Positions 24,777 through 32,180 of a DNA stretch of 39,253 bases are shown piece after piece (the stretch's first letter is position 1; each line of letters starts with the position of its first letter). Made by a program: the position numbers and the translations under genes. The DNA lies in the IMG/VR virus record IMGVR_UViG_2920817954_000001, positions 1-39,253 of that record; one strand, 5' to 3'. Under the pieces are notes generated by a model. The model searched no databases, was not told the DNA's origin, and worked only from the letters and a program-made list of their open reading frames with translations. This DNA is from a virus.

Positions 24777-25408
24777 GCCGCTTCCTTCCGCGTCAGTTGA
24801 TCTTTGCGTTCGTCTTTTGCTGAGATAACGTCGGGTTCGTCCGCGACGTACCGCAGGTTTTTGTAGAGGCTGGCCCACACCTTCTGCAGCGCCTCAAGAT
24901 CAGCGCAATTGCTCAGCCCTTTTACCGCCTCGTCAATCTCGCCCTGCGTGGCTGTGTACCCAACCTCTCTGGCATTCTTGTCCTTCTCATAGAGGGCCAG
25001 CCCAAAGGTGTTGCCGAAGGTGCGGAACGCGCGCTTCAGGGCGTCCGTCTCGGCCTCTTTGGTGGCCGCTTCGTGGTGGTCTGCTTCGCTGTCAGGGTTG
25101 CCCATGCCAGAACCCACTGCGGTGCCTTCACGGGTCACGCCGTCAATCGTAAGCCTGACGTTGGCGAGGTAGCCCACGCGCAGTTGTTCGTATGTCCCGT
25201 CACGACCTTCCTTCTGCACCACCTGCCGGGAAACCATTTCCATACGGGTGACCACATAAGACCAGCCATCAAACCCAAAGATGCGGTTGGCCTCACGGAT
25301 CACATGCAGCGCGTCTACGTACTCGCCAAACTTCCCTTGCGGGGGTGGCTTGATAGCGTCGGGGCTGAGAGGCTTCTTCAGTTCCTCTGATACAGTTTGC
25401 CAGTCCAT
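24773..25408 (-). CDS. Rad52/Rad22-family single-strand annealing protein
   Basis: YVDALHVIREANRIFGFDGWSY motif. Lies between the Gp157-like gene and SSB. Confidence 0.72.
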   Translation of the reverse strand: MDWQTVSEELKKPLSPDAIKPPPQGKFGEYVDALHVIREANRIFGFDGWSYVVTRMEMVSRQVVQKEGRDGTYEQLRVGYLANVRLTIDGVTREGTAVGSGMGNPDSEADHHEAATKEAETDALKRAFRTFGNTFGLALYEKDKNAREVGYTATQGEIDEAVKGLSNCADLEALQKVWASLYKNLRYVADEPDVISAKDERKDQLTRKEAA

Positions 25409-25905
25409 CACTTGACCCTCACCATTACGCCGGGCTCACCAGCCACCAGTTCCGCGCCGGGCACTTCTTCGCCAGCGTCAAGCTGTGCTTTGATTGCCTT
25501 AAGGTCCGGCTTAACCGTGGTGACAGTAAGCTGAGAGGGAATATCTTCCTCGCAAGTCACGTTGGCCGACACGCGCGGCTTCGTGCGTGAGACAGTCGCC
25601 AGAGCGTGGGTCACCTTTTGCTGGCCTGTGGCGTCCAGAATGGCGCCCAGAGCCTTTGTCAGCGCAGCCTGCTTGTCTGAGAACCTTTTCGCGCGGGCGC
25701 TGAGCATGGACGCCGCGTTTTTGGTGGCTTCCTCAAGTGTCTTTGCCTCCATTCTCTGTTCCAGGATGCGACCGATCAGATCCATTGCATCGGTTTCGCC
25801 GTCCAGCGTGTTCCAGAAGGTATCGGGATCAAAGTCGTCGCCCATCATATCTGTGAGCATCGTGGATACGTGCGAAATCAGCGGTATGTCCGCATAAACG
25901 TTCAT
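25408..25905 (-). CDS. Gp157-family protein (Sipho_Gp157-like)
   Basis: N-terminal NTLDGETD plus coiled coil. C-terminal PDLKAIKAQLDAGEEVPGAELV pattern. Confidence 0.6.
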   Translation of the reverse strand: MNVYADIPLISHVSTMLTDMMGDDFDPDTFWNTLDGETDAMDLIGRILEQRMEAKTLEEATKNAASMLSARAKRFSDKQAALTKALGAILDATGQQKVTHALATVSRTKPRVSANVTCEEDIPSQLTVTTVKPDLKAIKAQLDAGEEVPGAELVAGEPGVMVRVK

Positions 25906-26081
25906 TGCAGGTACTCCCTTTCAATCTCTTCTGCTGTGGCCTCTTCTTTCTCAGCCAGAGCAATTGCGCGCGGGTTGTCGGGGTATTTACGGCGGTATAT
26001 TTCAGCCATGCTCCGCGCCGTGTGAGCCTCTGCCCACAGTTCATTGCGAGTACGGTAGCCACCTGATTTAATGATAGGCAT
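25902..26081 (-). CDS. hypothetical protein (59 aa, below ORF-track cutoff)
   Basis: Translation begins MPIIKSGGYRTRNELWAEAHTARSMAEIYRRKYPDNPRAIA. GGAGGG RBS. ATGA-coupled to the 25905 start. Confidence 0.5.
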   Translation of the reverse strand: MPIIKSGGYRTRNELWAEAHTARSMAEIYRRKYPDNPRAIALAEKEEATAEEIEREYLQ

Positions 26082-26102
26082 ATCGCCCTCCTATGTTAGA
26101 AA

Positions 26103-26165
26103 CCGCGCGCCTGGACTTCCGACAGTCAACCAGTTGCGGCGCGCGGGCGACCTCACCGTGAGGTC
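26103..26165 (-). terminator. two GC-rich hairpins inside the early-left operon (terminator/attenuator candidate)
   Basis: On the minus strand, GACCTCA-CGG-TGAGGTC (26149-26165) is followed by CCGCGCGCC...GGCGCGCGG (26103-26146) and then TTTCT. Confidence 0.4.
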
Positions 26166-26179
26166 TGAAACTGTTCATG

Positions 26180-26407
26180 TTAATCCTGCTCAACCAAATC
26201 GCTGGCGGCGATGTATGGGTTCAGTTTGAAAGTGAAATCCTGCACTCTGACGGTAGGGGGCGACAGCCTTTCCACGTCCGTTTTTGTGACAGAATATGTC
26301 CCGTCGTTGTGTCGCCTTACTCTCGCGCCTACAGACACCTGTATTGTTACACCTACCGGCTTTTCGCATTTTGCCAGGAATGGTCTGATTGCAGTTAGAC
26401 GGGTCAT
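26180..26407 (-). CDS. hypothetical protein (75 aa)
   Basis: The ATG at 26407 lies 2 nt after the upstream stop. Confidence 0.55.
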   Translation of the reverse strand: MTRLTAIRPFLAKCEKPVGVTIQVSVGARVRRHNDGTYSVTKTDVERLSPPTVRVQDFTFKLNPYIAASDLVEQD

Positions 26408-26409
26408 TA

Positions 26410-26601
26410 TCAGCACCCATCAACAAAGCAGGCATTCACCCGCACGTTGTTGATTTCTGTAACCGTATCCATCACCAGAAAGCCGAGGATCATTGCGACC
26501 GCCAAAGTCGCCAGCCCGATGATGGCCAGAAGATCCAGACGCAGGCGGTTCTCTGCCTTGCGGTGCTGTACGGGGTATTTGAAGCCGGGGATGTGGGTCA
26601 T
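26410..26601 (-). CDS. small membrane protein (63 aa)
   Basis: TM segment LDLLAIIGLATLAVAMILGFLVM. Confidence 0.55.
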   Translation of the reverse strand: MTHIPGFKYPVQHRKAENRLRLDLLAIIGLATLAVAMILGFLVMDTVTEINNVRVNACFVDGC

Positions 26602-26777
26602 TGGCCTTCGCCTTTCCTGAGAATTTCATCCTTGCGGGCGGTGTGTTCGTAAATCTCAAAGCTTCCCCACTGCTCGATGGGCACCGGAGACGAGGGGGGG
26701 ACATCCCCAGTGCCCTTTCCACCGAGCGGCAGAATGCGGGTGTGTACGAATGCGGTTATGGTGTCGCGGAGGGTCAT
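26598..26777 (-). CDS. hypothetical protein (59 aa, below ORF-track cutoff)
   Basis: Translation begins MTLRDTITAFVHTRILPLGGKGTGDV. ATGA-coupled at both ends. Confidence 0.5.
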   Translation of the reverse strand: MTLRDTITAFVHTRILPLGGKGTGDVPPSSPVPIEQWGSFEIYEHTARKDEILRKGEGQ

Positions 26778-27337
26778 TCAGAGGCCTCCCAGACAATGCG
26801 GGTGATGTCTCCGTCCACAACTTCCGCTGTGTATTTGCCCGGTTGCCCCTGCGTTCCTTCGTCAGTCAGGGTCGGGCAGCGTCTCTGAAAAACCATGGCG
26901 CGGCACTCCCCTGTGAACGTCTCACGCTTGGGTTCAGGCTTGGCGCGGTAGGTTTTCCCTTTATCCCAAATCGGAAAACCTAAGACGATCCAGGTGCCGT
27001 CAGAACAATAATACTCAATCCCACCCTCATGAGCCTTCAGCGCCTTCTGTGTTTCTTCATCAAGAAGGCCGAAAGATGTGGTGATCTGGGTGAGGTCTTG
27101 CCACTCCGCTATGAGAGCGCCGTGTGGGTTGGGGTAACGGTCATTCACAGACCCGTCCCTGTTCCAGCCGGGTTCCTTAGGGCCTGTTTGGCCCTTTTCC
27201 CAGAACAAATCCAAATCCCAGCGGCTATCCATCGGCCCCCGCTTGGTGCCATCCTCGGCGCGGTAGTGTCTCCCCATCTCCAGTCTCACAGCCTCACCTC
27301 CACAGCAGGAGCGCCAGACGATCCGGTAGGGGTCCAC
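26774..27337 (-). CDS. hypothetical protein (187 aa, or 167 aa from ATG 27277)
   Basis: Long ORF with an uncertain start. The internal ATG at 27277 follows GAGGTGAGG. Confidence 0.6.
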   Translation of the reverse strand: MDPYRIVWRSCCGGEAVRLEMGRHYRAEDGTKRGPMDSRWDLDLFWEKGQTGPKEPGWNRDGSVNDRYPNPHGALIAEWQDLTQITTSFGLLDEETQKALKAHEGGIEYYCSDGTWIVLGFPIWDKGKTYRAKPEPKRETFTGECRAMVFQRRCPTLTDEGTQGQPGKYTAEVVDGDITRIVWEASE

Positions 27338-27447
27338 TTGCGCGGGGGAAGGGGCAGAGAAACCTGCTTGCTTTCAAAGCGGGCCATCATACCAGCCCGA
27401 TAGCGACAGCCGGTAATCCGCCCGTGGCGTGTGACGTAGAGGGTCAT
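27286..27447 (-). CDS. candidate small ORF (53 aa)
   Basis: The ATG at 27447 has a GAGGAAAGAAG RBS, 10 nt after the upstream stop. Overlaps the 5' end of track ORF 26774..27337. Confidence 0.3.
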   Translation of the reverse strand: MTLYVTRHGRITGCRYRAGMMARFESKQVSLPLPPRKWTPTGSSGAPAVEVRL

Positions 27448-27457
27448 ACTTCTTTCC

Positions 27458-27778
27458 TCAAAATCCGTTGATCTGGTTTGTGTGAATTTCTTCGATGTGA
27501 CTCACGACATCCGCACCACCCAGCATCACAAGCGCGTTGTGGCGGGCGTAATAGCGTGTCTCGTCATCCTCAGAGATTGCGATGGCTGTAAGCTCTGCGC
27601 GGTCGCCCCAGAACACGTCGAGGCCAGCGCCTTCAAACTCTTCCCGGCGGTGGTCAAAGAACGCTGTAACCTGCGCATCTTCGTCACCAGACGCCTCGCA
27701 CCAGTTTTCTGTGACATCACATTCACTGTCAGACAGCGGCTTGCTGATCTGCAGCGTGGTTTGTGTCAGTGCGTTCAT
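27458..27778 (-). CDS. strongly acidic first gene of the early-left operon (106 aa)
   Basis: GGAGA RBS. About 23 Asp/Glu against 6 Lys/Arg. Immediately downstream of the divergent promoter region. Confidence 0.65.
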   Translation of the reverse strand: MNALTQTTLQISKPLSDSECDVTENWCEASGDEDAQVTAFFDHRREEFEGAGLDVFWGDRAELTAIAISEDDETRYYARHNALVMLGGADVVSHIEEIHTNQINGF

Positions 27779-27828
27779 TGTTCGTCTCCATCAGCGTCGT
27801 GCTGTTGGAGATGAAAGTAGTACACAAA

Positions 27829-27857
27829 ATTATACTTTGCAAGCTAAAAAGTATACA
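27829..27857 (-). promoter_or_regulatory. early-left promoter candidate (TGTATA-N17-TATAAT on the minus strand)
   Basis: A perfect -10 TATAAT is the reverse complement of 27829-27834, and the -35-like TGTATA of 27852-27857. AT-rich 125-nt divergent region. Confidence 0.55.
27831..27855. promoter_or_regulatory. operator-like inverted repeat TATACTTT-N9-AAAGTATA
   Basis: 8-bp arms at 27831-27838 and 27848-27855 overlap the promoter elements. Confidence 0.55.
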
Positions 27858-27903
27858 AAAATAGCTTTGAGGATTCTGATCCCTAGCTGGTAACGTCTAC
27901 TTT

Positions 27904-28341
27904 ATGAGACTTGATGCCGATGAAATCGAATATTTCCGCGCACAGCTTGTATATGAGAGGCTGTGCAAATTTATGCTGTGGAACACAGAATACCGCGAAA
28001 TCGGCTTCCTGTTTCTGGTGTCTGACGACCGATATTCTGCTGTAGAAATATCTAAGACTCTCAACATTCCGCGCGGCACAGTGGCGCGCCGTCTAAAGGT
28101 CATGAGAGAGAATGGATTGCTTTCTGAAACCAGCGAAGGGATTCAGCACAGCAGGAAGGGTCGGATAATGCATGTAACCTTGCATCGCGAGATTTCGCGC
28201 ATTGCAAGAGAGGGCGGCGGCGCATTCACGGATCTGACCATGACTGCACTGGAGCGCCTTCCGGTTGCGCCGGATTTATTTCTGGACAACCTAAGGGATA
28301 TTGATCTGCCCGAACCTTTTAAATCCAAGCGCGAACAATAG
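27904..28341 (+). CDS. winged-helix (MarR/ArsR-like) DNA-binding protein in a lower-GC island
   Basis: SAVEISKTLNIPRGTVARRLKVMRENGLL HTH. Visibly AT-richer than its flanks. No SD sequence. Confidence 0.6.
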   Translation: MRLDADEIEYFRAQLVYERLCKFMLWNTEYREIGFLFLVSDDRYSAVEISKTLNIPRGTVARRLKVMRENGLLSETSEGIQHSRKGRIMHVTLHREISRIAREGGGAFTDLTMTALERLPVAPDLFLDNLRDIDLPEPFKSKREQ

Positions 28342-28484
28342 GTTATTAAATCTACGACGGGTTGTTCTGCCCATTTTGGGCACCCCCTTGCGACGTCCGC
28401 GAGAAAAGTCCATGTATTCATAGTGTTCAGGCATTAGCACAGAGCGCAGTTAGGATTTTTCAAGAATGGACGATGATTTAAGAC

Positions 28485-28501
28485 GGCTGACCAATCGTCA
28501 G
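28485..28501. terminator. short hairpin between convergent genes
   Basis: GCTGAC-CAATC-GTCAGC. Weak, with no clear T-run. Confidence 0.25.
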
Positions 28502-28508
28502 CTAAAAG

Positions 28509-28850
28509 CTATATTGCTGCTGTTGGCAGCATACGTACAAAACCAGCAATCATATCGCGAATCCGAGGGCGGTCTTTCTCGGGGATCGCCGCGATAAGAG
28601 CGTTTATCTCTGCGATAAGCTCCTCATCTGTCATGTCCGCCATCAACTCATAAATGGTCACGCCGAGCGCATCAGCGATGCGCTCCAGCGTGTCAACGCG
28701 CGGGCTGGCGATGCGGCCTTTGAGGATTGCGTGGACTGCTGTGCGGCTTAAACCAGCCTTCTCAGCAAGGCTCACGCCATTGTATCCCTGCCTCTCCATG
28801 AGGGACTCAATATTCTCAGAAATCACTAACGACAGGGCTCTACTCTCCAT
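28509..28850 (-). CDS. CI-like XRE-family repressor (113 aa)
   Basis: The ATG at 28850 lies inside track ORF 28509..29126. HTH NGVSLAEKAGLSRTAVHAILKG. Divergent from the early-right operon. Confidence 0.75.
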   Translation of the reverse strand: MESRALSLVISENIESLMERQGYNGVSLAEKAGLSRTAVHAILKGRIASPRVDTLERIADALGVTIYELMADMTDEELIAEINALIAAIPEKDRPRIRDMIAGFVRMLPTAAI

Positions 28851-28861
28851 GCGTGTAACGT

Positions 28862-28867
28862 ATTGTA
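28862..28867 (-). promoter_or_regulatory. candidate -10 (TACAAT) for the repressor gene, giving a near-leaderless transcript
   Basis: TACAAT lies 11 nt upstream of the ATG. There is no SD sequence and the -35 is poor. Confidence 0.35.
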
Positions 28868-28909
28868 CTGCAATGTAAGTATGAAGGATATTATTCCAAC
28901 CCTTCGTTG

Positions 28910-28946
28910 TTGACAGAAGGTAAACAAAAGTATACCAATTCGGTAT
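28910..28946 (+). promoter_or_regulatory. early-right promoter/operator candidate
   Basis: TTGACA at 28910-28915 and TATACC at 28931-28936. The ATG at 28945 has no SD (leaderless-like). ATACC-N5-GGTAT dyad at 28932-28946. Confidence 0.5.
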
Positions 28947-29166
28947 GCAGGAAGAGTTTATTGATACAGAGTTGCTGGATGCGGTTGAGCTGTATCTGGC
29001 TGTGAGCGGCCTATCGGGCACAAGGTTTGGTGTCCTGGCGCTGAATGACCGCACCTTTGTCGGTCGGCTCCGGCGTGGCGGAAACTTCGGGCAAAAAAAG
29101 CGCCAAAAAGCCTTCAAGTACATCAAGGCAAACCCGGTGAAGTTGAAGCGGGTTGCTGCAGAATGA
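28945..29166 (+). CDS. first early-right gene (Cro-position small basic protein)
   Basis: 73 aa, divergent from the repressor gene. Confidence 0.55.
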   Translation: MQEEFIDTELLDAVELYLAVSGLSGTRFGVLALNDRTFVGRLRRGGNFGQKKRQKAFKYIKANPVKLKRVAAE

Positions 29167-29516
29167 GCCCGCGTGACCTGGACAAGCCGGTGAGCATTTA
29201 CCGCGTGTTTGATGCGGAAGGCGTGCTTTTGTACGTGGGCCAGTCATCCTCGCCTCTCAGCAGGCTTGATGAACACAAGAGATTGCAGGTCTGGCAGATG
29301 CAAATCGCGAGCGTGACCGTTGAGTGGCACGCTACGCGAGAGGATGCGCTGGCGGCTGAAAAAGAGGCAATCCGGGAAGAGGGGCCGGTATGGAATTATC
29401 ACCATCTTCTATCCGGCAGACTGAAGAAGCTTGGTATTTTCTGTCCGGAAGTTGACGTCAGAGACCCCGACACATGGGGCGCATCATGCGTCACAGCACA
29501 AGGGGGCAGGGGATGA
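29163..29516 (+). CDS. GIY-YIG nuclease-domain protein
   Basis: SIYRVFDAEGVLLYVGQS...RLDEH...AEKEAIREEGPVWNY fits the GIY-YIG/R/E/N pattern. Confidence 0.65.
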   Translation: MSPRDLDKPVSIYRVFDAEGVLLYVGQSSSPLSRLDEHKRLQVWQMQIASVTVEWHATREDALAAEKEAIREEGPVWNYHHLLSGRLKKLGIFCPEVDVRDPDTWGASCVTAQGGRG

Positions 29517-29701
29517 GGCCGCTTCGGCTCCAGGTAAGGGACCGGCTCCGCAAGCTGGAGGAAGTGCGCGAGGCAGACGCAGCGCACACAGAGGTCATGG
29601 AGCGGGTTGCGGCGCGCGGCGGGATCACCCTTGAGGAATTGCGACACATGTCGATGCCCCAGAAGGACGCATTCATTTCTAAGCATCGGGATCGCTCATG
29701 A
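29513..29701 (+). CDS. hypothetical protein (62 aa)
   Basis: The ATG at 29513 is ATGA-coupled with a GGGGG RBS. Alternative starts at 29474 and 29486. Confidence 0.5.
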   Translation: MRPLRLQVRDRLRKLEEVREADAAHTEVMERVAARGGITLEELRHMSMPQKDAFISKHRDRS

Positions 29702-29916
29702 CCACCAGAACCCCATACGGGGCCAGCCGAGCGCGGGCATTGCCTTCGGGGACTCCTCTCTGCCTGCGCACATCACATCCTTTGCCAGGTACGGGGTCGG
29801 CGCAGACCTGGCATCCATTCTGCCCATCGCTGGTCATTGACAGCGACGCCTCCCACGCAGCGCACCGGGCAACCCCGGCAGCGTTGTGTGGGGATTTTTC
29901 GGGGGGGGGTGTGTGA
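29698..29916 (+). CDS. doubtful ORF (72 aa, Pro/Ser/Ala/His-rich), ends just after a G9 run
   Basis: ATGA-coupled, but the composition is not protein-like. Confidence 0.3.
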   Translation: MTTRTPYGASRARALPSGTPLCLRTSHPLPGTGSAQTWHPFCPSLVIDSDASHAAHRATPAALCGDFSGGGV

Positions 29917-30081
29917 ATGAATCCTGAAATCGCAGTTTGGAAAATCAAGACCATCACCAGCCTGCCAGAGCTTGACGGATACGAGGCCCATGCCAAAGCG
30001 CGCGGCCTTCTCCCGGAGGAATTGATGGCGCTGCACCAGAAGCGGAAAGAACTGACCCCGAAAAAACGGAGAAAGAGATGA
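29917..30081 (+). CDS. hypothetical small basic protein (54 aa)
   Basis: Translation MNPEIAVWKIKTITSLPELDGYEAHAKARGLLPEELMALHQKRKELTPKKRRKR. ATGA-coupled to the next gene. Confidence 0.45.
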   Translation: MNPEIAVWKIKTITSLPELDGYEAHAKARGLLPEELMALHQKRKELTPKKRRKR

Positions 30082-30287
30082 AAGTCATGGATGTACTCGA
30101 GCGCATTAAGCACGGCGAAAAGATCATGGTCACACTGTCTCAGCGGGCCAGCAAACCTCTCTACAATCTGACGGACGGGACGGAGGTCTCAGAGGCCCAG
30201 TTTCTCACTATCAAGCCTTTCATCGCAGCGGGTGACAAGAGCCTCCTGGAGGGTGCGGAACCCCTTTCTTACGTGTGGGCCGGATGA
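30078..30287 (+). CDS. hypothetical protein (69 aa)
   Basis: Coupled at both ends. Confidence 0.55.
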   Translation: MKVMDVLERIKHGEKIMVTLSQRASKPLYNLTDGTEVSEAQFLTIKPFIAAGDKSLLEGAEPLSYVWAG

Positions 30288-30901
30288 CCCTCCAGCGAGA
30301 GATAGACAGCCTCCAGCCAGATATGAGAGCGGATTTGCAATTTTTTGCTTTCATCGGGCTGACCTCTACCGAAGCAGCAATTCTGCTCGGTTACTCTGGG
30401 GTTTATGGTTCGACGTTGGCAAAAAAGTACGGTGTCAAATTTGCGAGCAAGATGCCACCGGAGCGCAGGTTTCACCGGCTCTATGACAAAGATGATCAGA
30501 CTGGTTGCTGGGTCTGGAGACGCCCGAGGTCTAAGCGTGGCTATGGGGCTATTTCTGTCAACGGCAAGGCGCAGACCGCTCACAGATTTGCCTTTGAGAT
30601 GTACAAAAGAAAGCTGCTTGACACAGAATTAGTATGCCACACCTGCGACAATCCGAGTTGTGTAAACCCTGAGCACCTGTTCGCCGGTACGCAGCGTGAA
30701 AACATGATGGATATGCGCGCTAAGGGCCGCGAAAACCCTTTACTTGGAACAGACCATCCGCACGCAAAACTCAACCCGCAGAAGGTTCGAGAGATCAGAT
30801 CATCCCCGTTGAGCGCATACAGGCTGGCGAAAATTTATCACGTTTCAAGTGTGACCGTGCGGCGTATTCAGCAGCGGAGGCTCTGGAAGCATGTACAGTG
30901 A
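30284..30901 (+). CDS. HNH endonuclease
   Basis: GCWVWRR...RGYGAISVNGKAQTAHRFAFE...CHTCDNPSCVNPEHLFAGTQRENMMD. Confidence 0.8.
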   Translation: MTLQREIDSLQPDMRADLQFFAFIGLTSTEAAILLGYSGVYGSTLAKKYGVKFASKMPPERRFHRLYDKDDQTGCWVWRRPRSKRGYGAISVNGKAQTAHRFAFEMYKRKLLDTELVCHTCDNPSCVNPEHLFAGTQRENMMDMRAKGRENPLLGTDHPHAKLNPQKVREIRSSPLSAYRLAKIYHVSSVTVRRIQQRRLWKHVQ

Positions 30902-30966
30902 ACGTCTGGCCCTCTTGGAGCGCCTTAAGGACGCACGCCTGCGCCAGCTAGAGCAAGAGGTGCGGG

Positions 30967-31350
30967 GTGGGTAAAAGGATCGACAGAGAGGGGCCAATAC
31001 ACCGCTCAGTGCTTCACTGGCTGCGTCTGGTCCTGCCGCCTGAAAACATCATTCACGCGTGCGCCAATGAAAGCCACTTGCCGGGCAAGCACGCTATGCG
31101 CGCGACTGTGAAAAAGAAAGCCGCGGGACAGGTAACCGGTTTCCCGGATCTACTGATACTGCCGCAGGCAAAAGTGGGCGCGTTTTTCTTTGAGATCAAG
31201 GCCGAGGGCGGGAGGCTGTCTCAGGCTCAGAAAGCGGTCCATGAGGGGCTCAGAGAGCTCGGATACCCCGTAGCCGTTGTGCGGTCCATAGAGGACGCCA
31301 GAGAGGCGCTTATTGAGTTTGGCGTGGGCTTCCGGGAGGCCGGGAAATGA
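30967..31350 (+). CDS. VRR-NUC domain nuclease
   Basis: GFPDLLIL...FFFEIKAEGGRLSQAQ fits the PD-(D/E)xK pattern. GTG start with an AGAGGTG RBS. Confidence 0.7.
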   Translation: MGKRIDREGPIHRSVLHWLRLVLPPENIIHACANESHLPGKHAMRATVKKKAAGQVTGFPDLLILPQAKVGAFFFEIKAEGGRLSQAQKAVHEGLRELGYPVAVVRSIEDAREALIEFGVGFREAGK

Positions 31351-32180
31351 GCGGCACCGTCAACATATCCCGCAAGATATGGCGGCACTCAGCGTTTAAG
31401 CCGGAGCCTTTCACTGAGAGAGAGGCCTGGATGTGGATGGTCATGGAGGCCTCGTACAAGCCCAGACAGAAACCAGTGGGTGACATCTGGGTTGATCTGG
31501 AGCGCGGTCAACTCGCCTCATCCGTGCGTTTTATGTGCGATGCATGGGGCTGGTCAAAATCCAGAGTCGATAGGTTTTTAAAACGTCTCGAAAAGCGGGA
31601 CATGATCGGGACAGATACCGGGACAGGCGTAAACGTCATAACCATCTGTAAATACGACGAATATCAGAACGGCTCAGCATCAAGCGGGACACCGGAAAAC
31701 GAAAATCGGGACAGCAGCGGGACAGCAGCGGGACAGCAGCGGGACAAACCTAATAAGGGTTTATTACAAGATGAAAGAAGGGTGAAAGAAAAGACAGAGC
31801 GCGCAGCGTCGTCTCAAGCCCTTTCTCAGCACTTTGAAGACTTCTGGGAAGCCTACCCACACCGCAATGGCAAGAAGACCCAGAAGGGCCTGGCGAAGTC
31901 GCTTTTCGTCAAGGCAGTTCAGTCCGGCGCGTCGGTCGCAGAGATAGCCCAAGGCGTCGAGGCCATGCGGCGAGACCCTGACGTTCAGCGCGGATACGGA
32001 CGCGGCCCCGTGCCTTGGCTCAGGCAGCAAGGCTGGACTGACGAGATACCGGACGAAGCACCACAATTCACAGCAATCAACGGAGGCGCAAATGCAAAAT
32101 CTCCCCAGTCTGACCCCGAAATTGACCGATACTTTGCAGCCGCAGGAATGCGCCGCTCACCGGGTTCAAATAGCCATTGA
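31347..32180 (+). CDS. replication initiator / replisome organiser (wHTH N-terminal domain)
   Basis: 277 aa. The N-terminus resembles phage O/DnaD-type organisers. The gene contains the iteron array. Confidence 0.55.
   Translation: MSGTVNISRKIWRHSAFKPEPFTEREAWMWMVMEASYKPRQKPVGDIWVDLERGQLASSVRFMCDAWGWSKSRVDRFLKRLEKRDMIGTDTGTGVNVITICKYDEYQNGSASSGTPENENRDSSGTAAGQQRDKPNKGLLQDERRVKEKTERAASSQALSQHFEDFWEAYPHRNGKKTQKGLAKSLFVKAVQSGASVAEIAQGVEAMRRDPDVQRGYGRGPVPWLRQQGWTDEIPDEAPQFTAINGGANAKSPQSDPEIDRYFAAAGMRRSPGSNSH
31596..31746 (+). repeat. iteron array (8 x CGGGACA), candidate ori
   Basis: Copies start at 31596, 31607, 31619, 31685, 31707, 31718, 31729 and 31740. Spacing within clusters is 11-12 bp. 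The last four lie in an 11-bp tandem repeat CGGGACAGCAG. Confidence 0.7.

Noticed and set aside
25829-26062. Track ORF of 77 aa on the minus strand.
   Set aside because: It overlaps the Gp157-like gene by 77 nt and lacks an RBS. The alternative 59-aa frame (25902..26081) has a GGAGGG SD and ATGA coupling.
28143-28421. A 92-aa minus-strand ORF, and a short + strand ORF at about 28466, in the immunity region.
   Set aside because: They are antisense to the wHTH and repressor genes, have no RBS, and have arginine/serine-rich composition.
31707-31746. An 11-bp tandem repeat, considered as a CRISPR or simple satellite.
   Set aside because: The repeats are too short and have no spacers. They are part of a phased CGGGACA iteron set inside the initiator gene.
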